A stretch of DNA of 63,366 nt, counting the filler. It is 3 parts of 3 records of this genome, joined end to end, with 100 filler letters (N's around TTAATTAATTAA, not from the genome) between each part and the next. Parts side by side here need not be neighbours in the genome. Positions count along the whole stretch, not along the records: positions 25,174 to 56,609 come from SRR20825006_1956; positions 56,710 to 63,366 come from SRR20825006_1979; 1 more part is not named here. One strand, written 5' to 3'. Under the pieces are notes generated by a model. That model worked only from the letters and a program-made list of their open reading frames with translations, did not search any database and was not told the DNA's origin. Below, in pieces: positions 50,214-61,483 of this stretch (positions are counted from its first letter, which is position 1; every line of letters begins with the position of its first letter). Both the position numbers and the translations under genes were made by a program.

Positions 50214-51344
50214 ATGGCTGACTTCATCAGCAAAGACATCAATAAGATCAAGAAGGATCAGCGCCGCTTCAAGCAGATCGTCCGGGGCAAGATCAAGCGC
50301 AACCTGCGCAAGTATATGAGCCACGGCGAGCTGACCGGGAAGCAGGGCAATGACGTCGTCAAGATCCCGATCCCCCAGATCGACATCCCCCGCTTTCGCT
50401 TCTCGAGCGAGCAGCAGGGCGGCGCCAGTCAAGGCGATGGAGATCCGGGCGACGCGCTCAATCCGGGCGATGCACAACCCGGCGCGCCTGGTCCCGCCGG
50501 CGATCAGGATGGCGACAAGTCGCTCGAGGTCGACGTCTCCCTCGATGAGCTCGCCGAGATCATGAGCGAGGAGCTCGAGCTCCCCAACATCGAACCGCGC
50601 GGCACCAAGCGCCTCGAGACCATCAAGGATCGCTACACCGGCATCCGAAACACTGGCCCCGAGTCGCTGCGCAGCTTCCGTCGAACCTACAAGGAAGCTC
50701 TAAAGCGCATGATCGCCACCGGGAACTACGACGAGGACATGCCGATCATCGTCCCGATCCGCGACGATATGCGCTATCGCTCGTGGAACGAGACGACCGT
50801 GCCGCAGTCCAACGCGGTCATCCTCTATATGATGGATGTCTCGGGCTCGATGGGAGATGAGCAAAAGGAGATCGTGCGCATCGAGTCCTTCTGGCTCGAT
50901 ACCTGGCTCAAGAGCCAGTACAAGGGGCTTGAGAGCCGCTTTATCATCCACGATGCCTCGGCAAAAGAGGTCGACAGAGAGACCTTCTTCCGTACCCGCG
51001 AGTCGGGCGGCACGATGATCTCTTCTGCCTACAAGCTCGCGCTCCGCATCATCGAGGAAGAATACCCCGTCTCCGACTGGAACATCTACCCGTTCCACTT
51101 CTCCGATGGGGATAACTGGTCTGTCGATGACACCTCCGAGTGCATGCGCATCTTGCGCGATGGGATCCTCCCCTCGAGCAACATGTTCTGCTACGGCCAG
51201 GTCGAGAGCCCCTACGGCTCGGGTCAGTTCATCAAGGACCTCGCCGAGCACTTCTCGGCCGAGGATCGCGTGGTCCTCTCCGAGATCAAGAACCGCGACG
51301 CGATCTATGACTCCATCAAGGAGTTCCTCGGCAAGGGTCTCTAA
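50214..51344 (+). CDS. yeaH: YeaH/YhbH (DUF444) vWA-domain protein
   Basis: [13 protein letters not shown] motif, [23 protein letters not shown]. Confidence 0.93.
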   Translation: MADFISKDINKIKKDQRRFKQIVRGKIKRNLRKYMSHGELTGKQGNDVVKIPIPQIDIPRFRFSSEQQGGASQGDGDPGDALNPGDAQPGAPGPAGDQDGDKSLEVDVSLDELAEIMSEELELPNIEPRGTKRLETIKDRYTGIRNTGPESLRSFRRTYKEALKRMIATGNYDEDMPIIVPIRDDMRYRSWNETTVPQSNAVILYMMDVSGSMGDEQKEIVRIESFWLDTWLKSQYKGLESRFIIHDASAKEVDRETFFRTRESGGTMISSAYKLALRIIEEEYPVSDWNIYPFHFSDGDNWSVDDTSECMRILRDGILPSSNMFCYGQVESPYGSGQFIKDLAEHFSAEDRVVLSEIKNRDAIYDSIKEFLGKGL

Positions 51345-51424
51345 AGCGCTGCGCGCCGCGAGCAAAAGCTCGCGGCTGCCATGCTCGCAACCGTTTCGAA
51401 TACAAGAAGAAGAGGCGCACTGAT

Positions 51425-54127
51425 ATGGCACCGATTCCACTGCAACTGTGGGAGATCAAGGAAAAGATCCGCGAGGCTGCGGCCGATCGTTGGGGGCTTG
51501 ATTTCTTCGAGACGATCTTTGAAATCGTCGACTACAAGAAGATCAACGAGATCGCCGCCTACGGCGGCTTCCCCACGCGCTACCCGCACTGGCGCTTTGG
51601 CATGGAGTACGAGCAGCTCTCCAAGAGCTCCGAGTACGGCCTCTCCAAGATCTACGAGATGGTCATCAACAATGACCCCGCCTACGCCTACCTGCTCGAG
51701 GGGAACAACCTCGTCGATCAGAAGACCGTCATCGCGCACGTCTACGCGCACGTCGACTTCTTCAAGAACAACTACTTCTTCTCCAAGACCAACCGCCGCA
51801 TGGTCGACGAGATGGCCAACCACGCCGCGCGCGTGCGCCGCTACATCGACAGAAAAGGCATCGAGGCCGTCGAGGACTTCATCGACACCTGCCTCTCGGT
51901 CGACAACCTGATCGATTACTACAGCCCCTTTATCGAGCGGAAACGCTCTGGCGGCGAGCCAGAGGACGAGGACGCCGCGCAGGAGATCCCGAAGTTCGCG
52001 GCCAAGGACTACATGGAGTCCTACATCAACCCGCAGGAGTTCCTCGACGAGCAAAAGCAGAAGATGCAGGACGAGGCCGCCAAGCGCCGTCGCTTCCCAT
52101 CTCAGCCCGAGCGAGACGTGATGTGGTTCCTGCTCGAGCACGCGCCGCTCGAAGGGTGGGAATCCGACATCCTCTCGTTGATCCGCGAGGAGGCGTATTA
52201 TTTCGCCCCGCAGGGTCAAACAAAGATCATGAACGAAGGATGGGCCTGCGTGGACCCCGAGACGCTGCTCTTTACCGATGGCGGCGTGATCACCATGCGC
52301 GAGCTCGTCGAGGAGCAGTCGAGCTGGATCGTCAGCGACGGCGAGGGCGAGCGCGAGGTCTACGATTCGCACATCATCCCTGAACATGCGACCGTGACGA
52401 TCACCACACGCCGCGGCCTCGTCCTGAAAGGATCGGACAATCACCGCATCCTCGACGCGGATGGCGAGTGGAAGCGCCTCGATGCATTCGCCGTCGGCGA
52501 TGCTGTCACCATCTCCGGCGGCGCCGATGTGTGGGCGAGGGAACAGGTCGCGCTCTCCTGGGAGCAGAGCGAGCGTGTGTCGCTCCACGATGTCGCCGCG
52601 CGAGCTGGGGTCAGCATCGATACTGTGCTGCGTCACCGCGCTGGAAAGCGCGTGCGAAGCGCCGCAGCTGCCGCAGAGGCGCTCGTCGCCTACGATTCGA
52701 TCGAGAATCAATCGCTCACGCAAGCACACAACAAGCGCGTGACGATCGAGGTGCCCGCTCACGTCGACGAACATCTGGGCGCGTTCCTTGGCTACCTCGT
52801 CGGTGATGGTCACATCAGCCGCGTCAAACGTCACCTCGGCTTGACCAGTGGGGATCTCGAGCAGGCGAATCACTTCGCGAAGCTGGGAGAGTCCCTCTTC
52901 GGTATCACTCCGGTGGTGAAAAAGGACGAGGGGCGCTGGCGTGTGCTCTTGCACTCAGAAGAGCTCTCCGATTTGTTGACCGATGAGATCGGCCTGACCG
53001 ATGGCCCGAGCGCGGCGCAAAAACAGGTGCCGCTCGCGATCCTCAAATCACCCAAGGCTGTCGTCGCCTCCTTCCTTCGCGCGTTGTTCGACTGTGACGG
53101 TTACGCTGGCAAGCAAGGGGTGATCCTGAGCACCAAGAGCGAAGAGCTCTCGAAACAGGTCCAGCTGCTGCTGCTTAACTTCTCCATCCTCTCTCGCCGC
53201 AGGTTGCAGTCGGATGGTTGCTGGCATGTGCATGTCACGGGCGCTTCGGCCAAGGTCTACTCGAGCGAGATCGGCTTTGGCCTCGAGCGTAAGCAGGAAG
53301 CGCTCGCGGCCTATATCGAAGAGCGGCAATACTTCAAGGCCGAGAAGTGGGAGGATGAGGTCGTCTCCATCGAGCATGGCGTCGGGGCTGTTTACGATAT
53401 CTCGGTTCGCGAGACGCATCGTTACGCCGCCGCGGGCTTCATCAACCACAACTCTTTTTGGCATAGTCGCATCCTCACAAACGGCATCCTGACCGACGCC
53501 GAGATCCTCGACTTCGCCGACATCAACTCGCGCGTGTTGCAGACCTCGCCAGGGCAGCTCAATCCCTACAAGCTCGGCGTGGAGTTGTTCCGCGACATCG
53601 AGGATCGCTGGAACACGGGTCGCTTTGGCAAGGAGTGGGAGGAAGAGGATAGCCTCGAGCGCAAGGCGGACTGGAACAAGGATCTTGGCCTCGGGCGAGA
53701 CAAGCTCTTCGAGGTGCGTCGTCTCTATAACGACATCACCTTCATCGACGAGTTTTTGACCGAGGACTTCGCGCGCCGCAACAACATGTTCTCCTACATC
53801 TTCAACCAGAAGTCTGGTCAGTGGGAGATCGAGAGCCGCGAGTTCCAGAAGATCAAGCAGCGCCTGCTCGACCAACTCACCAACTTCGGGCAGCCCTTCA
53901 TCTACGTCAAAGATGGCAACTTCAAGAACCGCTCCGAGCTGCTGCTCCACCACAAGTTCGACACCGTCGAGCTTCGCGTCGATTACGCCAGAGGCGTGCT
54001 CCAGGCGCTCCATCGCATCTGGAAGCGCCCGGTGAACATCGAGACCGTCTTCGACGGCAAGGGAGTCCTGCTCACCTTCGATGGCAACGATCACACCGAG
54101 AAGTCGATCGACTACCAGCCGATCTGA
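51425..54127 (+). CDS. spoVR: SpoVR family protein containing an intein
   Basis: [55 protein letters not shown]. Confidence 0.96.
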   Translation: MAPIPLQLWEIKEKIREAAADRWGLDFFETIFEIVDYKKINEIAAYGGFPTRYPHWRFGMEYEQLSKSSEYGLSKIYEMVINNDPAYAYLLEGNNLVDQKTVIAHVYAHVDFFKNNYFFSKTNRRMVDEMANHAARVRRYIDRKGIEAVEDFIDTCLSVDNLIDYYSPFIERKRSGGEPEDEDAAQEIPKFAAKDYMESYINPQEFLDEQKQKMQDEAAKRRRFPSQPERDVMWFLLEHAPLEGWESDILSLIREEAYYFAPQGQTKIMNEGWACVDPETLLFTDGGVITMRELVEEQSSWIVSDGEGEREVYDSHIIPEHATVTITTRRGLVLKGSDNHRILDADGEWKRLDAFAVGDAVTISGGADVWAREQVALSWEQSERVSLHDVAARAGVSIDTVLRHRAGKRVRSAAAAAEALVAYDSIENQSLTQAHNKRVTIEVPAHVDEHLGAFLGYLVGDGHISRVKRHLGLTSGDLEQANHFAKLGESLFGITPVVKKDEGRWRVLLHSEELSDLLTDEIGLTDGPSAAQKQVPLAILKSPKAVVASFLRALFDCDGYAGKQGVILSTKSEELSKQVQLLLLNFSILSRRRLQSDGCWHVHVTGASAKVYSSEIGFGLERKQEALAAYIEERQYFKAEKWEDEVVSIEHGVGAVYDISVRETHRYAAAGFINHNSFWHSRILTNGILTDAEILDFADINSRVLQTSPGQLNPYKLGVELFRDIEDRWNTGRFGKEWEEEDSLERKADWNKDLGLGRDKLFEVRRLYNDITFIDEFLTEDFARRNNMFSYIFNQKSGQWEIESREFQKIKQRLLDQLTNFGQPFIYVKDGNFKNRSELLLHHKFDTVELRVDYARGVLQALHRIWKRPVNIETVFDGKGVLLTFDGNDHTEKSIDYQPI
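52247..53452 (+). mobile_element. 402-aa intein with HTH and LAGLIDADG homing endonuclease
   Basis: Starts Cys (CVDPETLL); block [17 protein letters not shown] and [10 protein letters not shown]; block F VYDISV; ends HN with +1 Ser. Confidence 0.96.
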
Positions 54128-54155
54128 CTCGACAACTCGGCACCCAGCATGTACC

Positions 54156-54189
54156 AGTCCCGGCGAGCGCTGCTCGCCGGGACTTTTTT
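54156..54189 (+). terminator. Intrinsic terminator of the prkA-yeaH-spoVR operon
   Basis: AGTCCCGGCGAGC-gct-GCTCGCCGGGACT followed by a T run. Confidence 0.88.
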
Positions 54190-54240
54190 CGTTCCGGGCC
54201 GCTTCGAGTGATGCGTGGACTCTGGGAGAGGTCGTTCGCC

Positions 54241-55338
54241 ATGTACCGCCTGATTCGCCCCATTCTGTTTCGCTTCGACGCCGAGACGATTCACCACAAG
54301 GTGATGGCGCTCGCCGCGTTCTTCCTCTCGCTGGGACCGATTCGGGCGCTGTTTCGATGGTGGTGCCGCGTCGAGGACGCTTGCCTCGAGCAAACGCTCT
54401 GGGGCCTGGAGTTTGACAACCCAGTGGGGCTCGCCGCTGGTTTTGACAAGAACGCCAACTACTTCAACGCGCTCGACGCGCTCGGGTTTGGCTTCATCGA
54501 GATCGGCACCGTGACCGGCGAGGGGCAGGTTGGCAACGAGCGCCCCAGGATGTTTCGTCTGCCCGCCGACAGAGGGTTGCTCAACCGCATGGGCTTTAAC
54601 AACGACGGGAGTGATGCGGTCAAGAGAAGGCTCGATGGTACGCCAGTGATACATCCCTTGCTCGGGGTGAACATCGGCAAGACCAAGGTCGTGCCGCTCG
54701 ATGAGGCGCCTGCGGATTACGAGAAGAGCTTTCGCGCGCTCTACGCGCACGCGAAGTATGTGGTCGTCAACGTCAGCTCCCCGAACACGCCGGGATTGCG
54801 CGAGCTCCAGGAGCGGGGGCCGCTGCTCGAGCTGATGCGCCGGTTGCGCGAGCTTAACGTGGAGCTTGCTGAAGGGCGTGGCGAGGAGCCGAGGCCGCTG
54901 CTGCTAAAGATCGCGCCGGATATCTCTGATGCGCTGCTCGATGACATCCTGAGCGTGATCGAGGAGGCAGAGGTCGATGGCATCATCGCCACGAACACGA
55001 CCATCCAACGCGACGCGTTGAAGACGCCGGGGCAGGGCGAGCTTGGCAACGGCGGTGTGTCTGGCGCTCCGGTGAGGGCACGCTCGCTCGAAGTCATCCG
55101 CGCGATTTATCAGAAGACCGAGGGGCGGTTGCCGATCATCGGCGTCGGGGGGATCTACACCTGGGAGGATGCGCTCGAGACGATCGAGGCGGGCGCGAGC
55201 CTGGTGCAGGTCTGGACGGGCTTCGTGTACGAGGGGCCGATGATGGTGCGTCGCATCAACAAGGGGCTCGTCAGCGCGTGCTCGCGGCGCGGCGTGAAGG
55301 ACATCTCGGAGCTTGTCGGCGCGAGCGCTGCGGCATGA
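54241..55338 (+). CDS. pyrD: Quinone-dependent dihydroorotate dehydrogenase
   Basis: GLAAGFDKN, NRMGFNN, NVSSPNTPGLR, KIAPD, TNTT, GGVSG. Confidence 0.97.
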   Translation: MYRLIRPILFRFDAETIHHKVMALAAFFLSLGPIRALFRWWCRVEDACLEQTLWGLEFDNPVGLAAGFDKNANYFNALDALGFGFIEIGTVTGEGQVGNERPRMFRLPADRGLLNRMGFNNDGSDAVKRRLDGTPVIHPLLGVNIGKTKVVPLDEAPADYEKSFRALYAHAKYVVVNVSSPNTPGLRELQERGPLLELMRRLRELNVELAEGRGEEPRPLLLKIAPDISDALLDDILSVIEEAEVDGIIATNTTIQRDALKTPGQGELGNGGVSGAPVRARSLEVIRAIYQKTEGRLPIIGVGGIYTWEDALETIEAGASLVQVWTGFVYEGPMMVRRINKGLVSACSRRGVKDISELVGASAAA

Positions 55339-55364
55339 ATGCTGCTGTGCGATCGTGATGCCTG

Positions 55365-55451
55365 GCAAAAAGAAGCCGCCGAAAAATAATGCTGTGAGGT
55401 TGGCGTTGATCGAAGACCGGCCAGCATTATTTTTCGGCGGCTTCTTTTTGC
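55365..55451. repeat. Perfect 30-bp inverted repeat with 27-nt spacer after pyrD
   Basis: GCAAAAAGAAGCCGCCGAAAAATAATGCTG ... CAGCATTATTTTTCGGCGGCTTCTTTTTGC. Confidence 0.95.
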
Positions 55452-55598
55452 GCGCCGCGCGCTGGCGGTTCGCAAAACATGAGGATCGGCGCATGAGCGC
55501 TGGTCGAAAATGTTTCATAAAAAAGTTGAACAAAGATGGTCCTCGTTACGTTAAAGTAAATAGATGACTTCACCCACCCAGGAAACGCAGGCAAGCCG

Positions 55599-56027
55599 AT
55601 GGCGACGCGAAAACAAATCAGTCATGTGAAGAGAGCCGCCGCGCTCGGGCTGGCGTTGGTTCTCGCGGTCGGGTTTGTCTCGAGCGCGAGTGATGCGCAG
55701 GCTGTGGCGAGGGATGCTGACGGGAGTCGCATGCAGGCGCGCTCGATAAAGCTTGGCTCGACGCAGCGCGACACGTTGCGCCCACCGAGCGATCGCGTCG
55801 ATTGGCGCAGCGTCAAACTCAGCAAGGCCTCTCGCCTGAGCGCGAGCGTCTCCCACGATGGCGACGGCGCGGTGGCGATCCGATTGACGGACTCGAGGGG
55901 ACAGGCCAAGGGGAGCGCCACGACACGCAAGGGGCGCGGCGCGGTCTCGGCGGACCTGAAGCCCGGGATTTACTACATCTCGGTGAGCTCGAAGACGCCC
56001 GTGAGTTATTCGATCACGGTGCGCTGA
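55599..56027 (+). CDS. Secreted small basic protein with PPC-like beta-sandwich
   Basis: Signal peptide ending AQA; DRVDW...LKPGIYYISVS...YSITVR. Confidence 0.7.
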   Translation: MATRKQISHVKRAAALGLALVLAVGFVSSASDAQAVARDADGSRMQARSIKLGSTQRDTLRPPSDRVDWRSVKLSKASRLSASVSHDGDGAVAIRLTDSRGQAKGSATTRKGRGAVSADLKPGIYYISVSSKTPVSYSITVR

Positions 56028-56044
56028 ACCGCTCGAAAGAAAAG

Positions 56045-56107
56045 AGAAAAGCAGAAAGGCGCGAGGATCTTCTTCCACAAGAGATCCTCGCGCCTTTCTG
56101 CTTTTCT
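56045..56107. terminator. 26-bp perfect inverted repeat; likely bidirectional terminator between convergent genes
   Basis: AGAAAAGCAGAAAGGCGCGAGGATCT-N11-AGATCCTCGCGCCTTTCTGCTTTTCT. Confidence 0.8.
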
Positions 56108-56125
56108 TGAACTCGCGAGTTGTCT

Positions 56126-56452
56126 TCAGGAGACCTTGCTCAACGGAGGTGTGTCGAGCGTGGGGAGATCCTGTTCGGTCTCCAGGCTGCGGACCTTGAG
56201 GAGATCGGGGAGCACGCGCGCGAAGACTTCTGTGTTGATCGGATCGCTCGGGTGCTTGGGAGGATCGATGGCGCGCGTGATGTGAGCCGCGAGCGTGGTG
56301 AGGTTCTCCTCGGGGTAATGTTCGAGGAAGGTGGAGAAGCTTGTATTGAAAGCCGAGACGAGCGTCTGTTTTTCTGGCTCATCTTCGCAGGTCATGCAGT
56401 GGCCAAATTGTTTTATCAGGTGTGCGATTTCGAGAGCTTTTTTGTGCGTCAT
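56126..56452 (-). CDS. Hypothetical protein with CxxC
   Basis: ATG after GGAGGAG RBS; GHCMTC; no family recognised. Confidence 0.6.
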   Translation of the reverse strand: MTHKKALEIAHLIKQFGHCMTCEDEPEKQTLVSAFNTSFSTFLEHYPEENLTTLAAHITRAIDPPKHPSDPINTEVFARVLPDLLKVRSLETEQDLPTLDTPPLSKVS

Positions 56453-56609
56453 GGTGGACTCCTCCATGCATGGTTCGTTGCCTTCCACCTAGAAAGTTAA
56501 GAGGGGAGGGCGAAGTCCACAACGGGTCAGATGATCGTCAAGCGAGCGAAACAAATTGGGGTCAAATGTACCCTGCGGGGGGGAATTAGCGTTAAGTTTG
56601 TAACCTGAA

Positions 56610-56709
56610 NNNNNNNNNNNNNNNNNNNNNNNNNNNNNNNNNNNNNNNNNNNNTTAATTAATTAANNNNNNNNNNNNNNNNNNNNNNNNNNNNNNNNNNN
56701 NNNNNNNNN
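56610..56709. other. Artificial contig spacer
   Basis: N44-TTAATTAATTAA-N44; GC drops sharply after it. Confidence 0.99.
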
Positions 56710-57699
56710 TTCCAAATCAACGCTTTCAACCGTTCCGACCCGGATACCATTAAAATCCACCGGCGCACCACGTGATAACCCACGTACAGAAGAATCAAAA
56801 TAAAGGATGTATTTCTGGCTATATCCTTGCGCAAGCAACTCGGCCTTTTCCAAACTGCTATGCAGGCGGAAAATTGTTTCAGCCGGTGCCTGATCTTCAT
56901 TCACACTTACATCTGGCGTATAGAAATTGATCCCCCCCGCCAGAACAGAACGCACCGATTGCGCACGCACCGAAAGCCCATCTGCATTCAGGTCAAGTGC
57001 GATACCGCTTGAATCCCAAAACCGCGTATCGCGTTTCACAAGCGCATCAAACGGTTTGCGGATAAAGACCGGGATGGAAACGCCGTCAGCATTTTCATCA
57101 AGTTCTGTTTCAAGAACCTCGCCAACTTCAATCCCGCGCAACAAAACTGGCGTCCCGGACCCCAAGGACCCAAGTTCTTCAGCTTTCAGGACAAACCGGG
57201 TGCCGTCTTCGTCATCATGAACAAGTTGCGGTTCTTCTTCCCCGACAAAGCTTCGTTCTCGTTCGCCTGTCTTATCGGGAACCACTTCGATATAGGCGCC
57301 TGAAACAATCGTATCCAGGCCCGTGATACCCCGCACGGTTACACGGGGCCGCACCACCCAGAACCGGGTTTTTTCAGTAAGATACTCGCTAAAATCCGCA
57401 TTCATTCTGATGGTTAAGCGAACATGATCCAGATCTTCTGCAAGATTGATCCCAATCACCTGCCCGACATCAACATCACGATATCGAACGGCCGTTTTAC
57501 CTGCGGAAATTCCATCAGCCGTTTGAAAGGTCACACTAATTTCCGGCCCCTTTGACACGATATCGCGCCAAAGCAACCACCCGCCAATGATCAACGCAAC
57601 AAGCGGCACCAGCCAAATGATGGAAAACCGGCTCCAGCCTTTTTTGACATCAGGCACGCCCGGCCGCCGGTCAAATGAAGAAGTATTCTCGTCAATCAT
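56710..57699 (-). CDS. pqiB: PqiB (multi-MCE intermembrane transport protein), 3'-truncated
   Basis: IWLVP, G...GKT.V.YRDVDVG.V, TRFWVVRPR, GLDT..SGAYI, SVRGL..GAPVDFNGI. Confidence 0.93.
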
Positions 57700-59027
57700 G
57701 ACGGCGTCCCCTGTTTTTCAACTTGGTCTTGTGCGTAAACATCTGGCGTACTGGATTGTGATCCGCCCATTCCTGTCCGGTCCCATATGAGACGTGGATC
57801 GAATGCCATCGCTGACAACATGGTCGCAATAACCACCCCGCAAAAGGCAACCGCGCCAAAGCCCGGCTGAACGGACGCGATATTGCCAAGCTTGACCAAT
57901 GCAGCGAGGATCGAGACCATGAAAACGTCAACCATCGACCAGCGCCCGACCAGTTCGGTAACCCGATAGATCAATGTGCGTTCCTTAAGGGGTCCTGAAA
58001 GCCCTAAATAGGTTGTCATATAGACCCAGCTCAACATGACGATCTTGACGATTGGCACCAGAATGCTTGCGGTAAAGACCACAATCGCAATGGGCCATTC
58101 CCCTGCCTTAGCCAATACAGCCACGCCAGATAGAATGGTATCGGCCTCTGATCGTCCCAGATAAGTCACGGTCATAATCGGAAAGATATTGGCAGGCACA
58201 TATAATATCACGGCTGTCGCCAACAACGCCCATGCCCGTGAAAGACTTCTGGCTTTCCGTTGATGGACAGCATCCCCGCATCGCGGACAGCGCGTATGAC
58301 CGTCTTTTTGGTCCTGTACCACCATCGCACATGTGTGACAGGTCAGAAGACCGTAATGCCGGGCCTGCGAAACACTGTTTCCGTTCGAAAGCTCGGCAAG
58401 ATCACTTTGATCAAGATATCGCAAGCTAGCCGGGGCAATGCGCCGCCAGACATTGCGTGGATCAAGGGTCACATTCATCAGCAAAGCCACCGGAATAAGG
58501 CAGCAAATTGCAAAAAATGCCGGCCCCGCAATTACTTGGGCAAAATCGGTCAGTTTGGTAAGTGCGACTAGCAATCCAATCAGGAAAACATCAAGCATTG
58601 ACCAAGGCCGCACCATCGCAAGAATACGCCAGACCTTTTGCATTCCGGGCAAACGGATATTCAGCGAGATCGGCAGCAAGACGTAGATATGCGCAAAAAT
58701 CAGAAATAACGGCGCAACAATCGACGTCAACGCAACCATAAAGGCCAGAAAAGGAAACCCTTCCTGCCAAAATGTCACAACGCCACTGCCCAGTGTGTTG
58801 GTTTCAACCCGCCCTTCCATGGCAAAGGTCAAGATCGGATAACTGTTGGCGATGATGAACAGCAAAAGCGCGGTAACAGCAAACGCCAACGGCTTGTCAA
58901 ACCGTGATTGTTCCGCAGAATATAACGGTGACCCACACCGAACACAGCAAGCCACACTACCTGCCGGGATGTTTTCCTCGACATGAAGATAGTCGCAATG
59001 CTCACATGCAATCAGTCGATGCGACAT
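57696..59027 (-). CDS. pqiA: Paraquat-inducible protein A (two PqiA domains)
   Basis: CxxC pairs, PWSMLDVF, GRWSMVDVF, FDPRLIWD. Confidence 0.94.
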   Translation of the reverse strand: MSHRLIACEHCDYLHVEENIPAGSVACCVRCGSPLYSAEQSRFDKPLAFAVTALLLFIIANSYPILTFAMEGRVETNTLGSGVVTFWQEGFPFLAFMVALTSIVAPLFLIFAHIYVLLPISLNIRLPGMQKVWRILAMVRPWSMLDVFLIGLLVALTKLTDFAQVIAGPAFFAICCLIPVALLMNVTLDPRNVWRRIAPASLRYLDQSDLAELSNGNSVSQARHYGLLTCHTCAMVVQDQKDGHTRCPRCGDAVHQRKARSLSRAWALLATAVILYVPANIFPIMTVTYLGRSEADTILSGVAVLAKAGEWPIAIVVFTASILVPIVKIVMLSWVYMTTYLGLSGPLKERTLIYRVTELVGRWSMVDVFMVSILAALVKLGNIASVQPGFGAVAFCGVVIATMLSAMAFDPRLIWDRTGMGGSQSSTPDVYAQDQVEKQGTPS

Positions 59028-59174
59028 GGTTTCCCTGTTTAAACAAACCGTTATACAAAATGGCTCGTCTGGCAAAGTAAGCGACAAATTTTACTTTAAG
59101 TCAAATTTGATCCGCGTATCAAAGCCTTCCTCTGATCGAACCTCGTCCCTTAAAAATCCAAACCCATCAACTTG

Positions 59175-60074
59175 TTACGCGGTAATTTTGGGCAAAAAAC
59201 GGCGGGCTTGGGTCGATACAATCTCGTTGACCTGATCAAGAAGACGGCTTTGGATGGTTTTGTGATGCCAATAAAGCGGTCGGTCTATCGCATGCTGACA
59301 GGGCTGAACCAGACTTCCGTTCCGCAATCCTTCTTCGGCCTGTTGTTGTGCTACAACGGCATAGGCGATGCCCTGCTCGGCCACGGTGACGAACCCTTGC
59401 GAACTTGGAACCATATGTGCGGGAAATTCACCGGGATTTAGTCCGAAATACTGTTTTAAAAACTGATTTTGCAATTCATCATGTTCTGAAAAATTTACAG
59501 CCGGACATGCGCGCAAGGCATCTGGCGTCACGCCATTGGCGAAATACCGCGCGTTAAATTCAGGCGATACAACCATGACATAGCGCATTACCCCTAACGG
59601 GCGCACCCGACATCCCTGGATGGGTGCGGATCGCATGCTGATCGCGCCCAACACCGTACCATCCTGCAAGGCTGTGTGGTTCAAGGATTCATCATCAACC
59701 GTCAGATGGACCAGAAGCCCCAAATGTTCGAACAGATGTTTGGGCACATCAACAAACCACGTCGCAAGGCTGTCGGCATTGACCGCCAATGCCACCTGCC
59801 CGAACCGGCCATCGGTTTGAATGACGGGAAGTTCTTCATGGAGTTCCTGTTCTAGCAACCGCACACTTTGATAATGCGCAAGCAACCTTTGCCCTGCCGC
59901 GGTCGCGGCGATCGGCTTGGCCCGAATAATGACAGGTTGCCCCAAGCGTTCTTCCAACAGCTTCACACGTTGCGATACCGCAGACTGGGTAAGGCCCAAT
60001 TCACGTGCTGCCTTTTCAAAACTGCCGTGGCGAATGACCTCGGCACTGGCCTGAAGCAATTTGTAATCGAGCAT
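59175..60074 (-). CDS. argP: LysR regulator ArgP/LysG
   Basis: GSFEKAA..L..TQSAVSQRVK.LE, AVNADSLATW, LYWH; divergent from argO. Confidence 0.93.
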   Translation of the reverse strand: MLDYKLLQASAEVIRHGSFEKAARELGLTQSAVSQRVKLLEERLGQPVIIRAKPIAATAAGQRLLAHYQSVRLLEQELHEELPVIQTDGRFGQVALAVNADSLATWFVDVPKHLFEHLGLLVHLTVDDESLNHTALQDGTVLGAISMRSAPIQGCRVRPLGVMRYVMVVSPEFNARYFANGVTPDALRACPAVNFSEHDELQNQFLKQYFGLNPGEFPAHMVPSSQGFVTVAEQGIAYAVVAQQQAEEGLRNGSLVQPCQHAIDRPLYWHHKTIQSRLLDQVNEIVSTQARRFLPKITA

Positions 60075-60095
60075 ATCTCACCATTATTTTTTCTA

Positions 60096-60110
60096 ATGAT
60101 ACTTTATCAT
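60096..60110. promoter_or_regulatory. LysR T-N11-A palindromic box, probable ArgP site
   Basis: ATGATA-CTT-TATCAT in the divergent argP/argO gap. Confidence 0.6.
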
Positions 60111-60175
60111 AATTCGATTTTTTTATTTCGAAAAATTGATATCACTGGCGGACCAACAAACACTGGAATGCTAAA

Positions 60176-60802
60176 ATGCTTTTGACCTATGCGACCGGAT
60201 TTGGCCTTGGCAGCGGATTAATCATCGCCATTGGTGCGCAAAATGCCTTTGTCCTTGGACAGGGATTGCGGCGCAATCATCCGATGATGGTCGCGTTTGT
60301 TTGCGCATTCTGTGATGCGATTTTGATTGCTGCTGGCGTTGCCGGACTTGGGACATTGATTGCCGCCTACCCGATTTTGACAAAGATCGCGGCATGGGGT
60401 GGCGGCGCATTTCTGATCTGGTACGGGTTTGGTGCGCTCAAACGGTTATTCGAAACCGAAACACTGTCCGACGAGGCCATAAGCAAAACCGGATGGCAGG
60501 CTGTTCTTTCGACCACCTTGGCGGTCACACTGCTCAACCCGCATGTATATCTTGATACGGTCGTGATGCTGGGCGGCATTGGCGGGCAATTTCCAACGGA
60601 CCAGCGGCTTTTCTTTGCACTTGGCGCAATGAGTGCGAGTTTCGTCTGGTTCTTTGCCATCGCCTTGGGGGCGTCATGGCTTGCGCCTTATGTCGCGCGT
60701 CCGATCACGTGGAAAATCATTGATGGACTGACCTGTGCTGTCATGTGGCTGGTGGCTTATAGCATGCTGGCACCGGAAATCTCAGAAATGATGGCGGGCT
60801 GA
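60176..60802 (+). CDS. argO: LysE/ArgO amino-acid exporter
   Basis: LIIAIGAQNAFVL.QGL, TLLNPHVYLDTV. Confidence 0.93.
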   Translation: MLLTYATGFGLGSGLIIAIGAQNAFVLGQGLRRNHPMMVAFVCAFCDAILIAAGVAGLGTLIAAYPILTKIAAWGGGAFLIWYGFGALKRLFETETLSDEAISKTGWQAVLSTTLAVTLLNPHVYLDTVVMLGGIGGQFPTDQRLFFALGAMSASFVWFFAIALGASWLAPYVARPITWKIIDGLTCAVMWLVAYSMLAPEISEMMAG

Positions 60803-60864
60803 ACCGCCAAATCAATTCCTCATACAATTGAAATGACGGGCGCTATCAACGCAATAATAGGCGG

Positions 60865-61443
60865 TTATTTACCCATCGCATCCTTGAAATGGCGCCGACA
60901 TACCGGGACATAGCGATCATTGCCGCCGATTTCGACCTGTGCGCCCTCTAGGACCGGGGTACCATTTTCATCGACGCGTAAAACCATCCCGGCCTTACGC
61001 CCGCAATGGCAAATGGTCTTGAGCTCATTCAGCTTATCCGCCCACGCCAAAAGCCATTTCGATCCTTCGAACAGTTGTCCCTGGAAATCAGTGCGAATGC
61101 CATAGCACAACACGGGAACATTATGCTTGTCTGCAACATCGGAAAGCTGCCAGACCTGATCTTTGGTCAGGAACTGTGCCTCGTCGATCAACACGCAATC
61201 GACCTTGCCTTTGGTCATCTGATCCAGAATCAAGGCACACATATCGGTTTTGGCATCGAACAAAAGTGCCGGGGCCTCCAAGCCAATGCGCGATGCGATT
61301 TTACCTTCGCCAAAACGGTTATCAAACGCCACCGTCAACAGCAGCGTTTTCATGCCGCGTTCGTGGTAATTGAAACTCGCCTGAAGCAGCGTGGTCGATT
61401 TCCCCGCATTCATCGACGAGTAGTAAAAAAACAGATTGGCCAT
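60865..61443 (-). CDS. tdk: Thymidine kinase
   Basis: MNAGKST.LLQ, DEAQF, YGIRTDF, KTICHCG, YVPVCR. Confidence 0.98.
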   Translation of the reverse strand: MANLFFYYSSMNAGKSTTLLQASFNYHERGMKTLLLTVAFDNRFGEGKIASRIGLEAPALLFDAKTDMCALILDQMTKGKVDCVLIDEAQFLTKDQVWQLSDVADKHNVPVLCYGIRTDFQGQLFEGSKWLLAWADKLNELKTICHCGRKAGMVLRVDENGTPVLEGAQVEIGGNDRYVPVCRRHFKDAMGK

Positions 61444-61483
61444 AGGTCCCCCGTTAAGTCGTTCAAGGGAAATAGCCGATCAA

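Noticed and set aside
53821-54240. 140-aa N-terminal extension of pyrD overlapping spoVR
   Set aside because: It crosses an intrinsic terminator; DHODH homology starts at ATG 54241, which follows GGAGAGG
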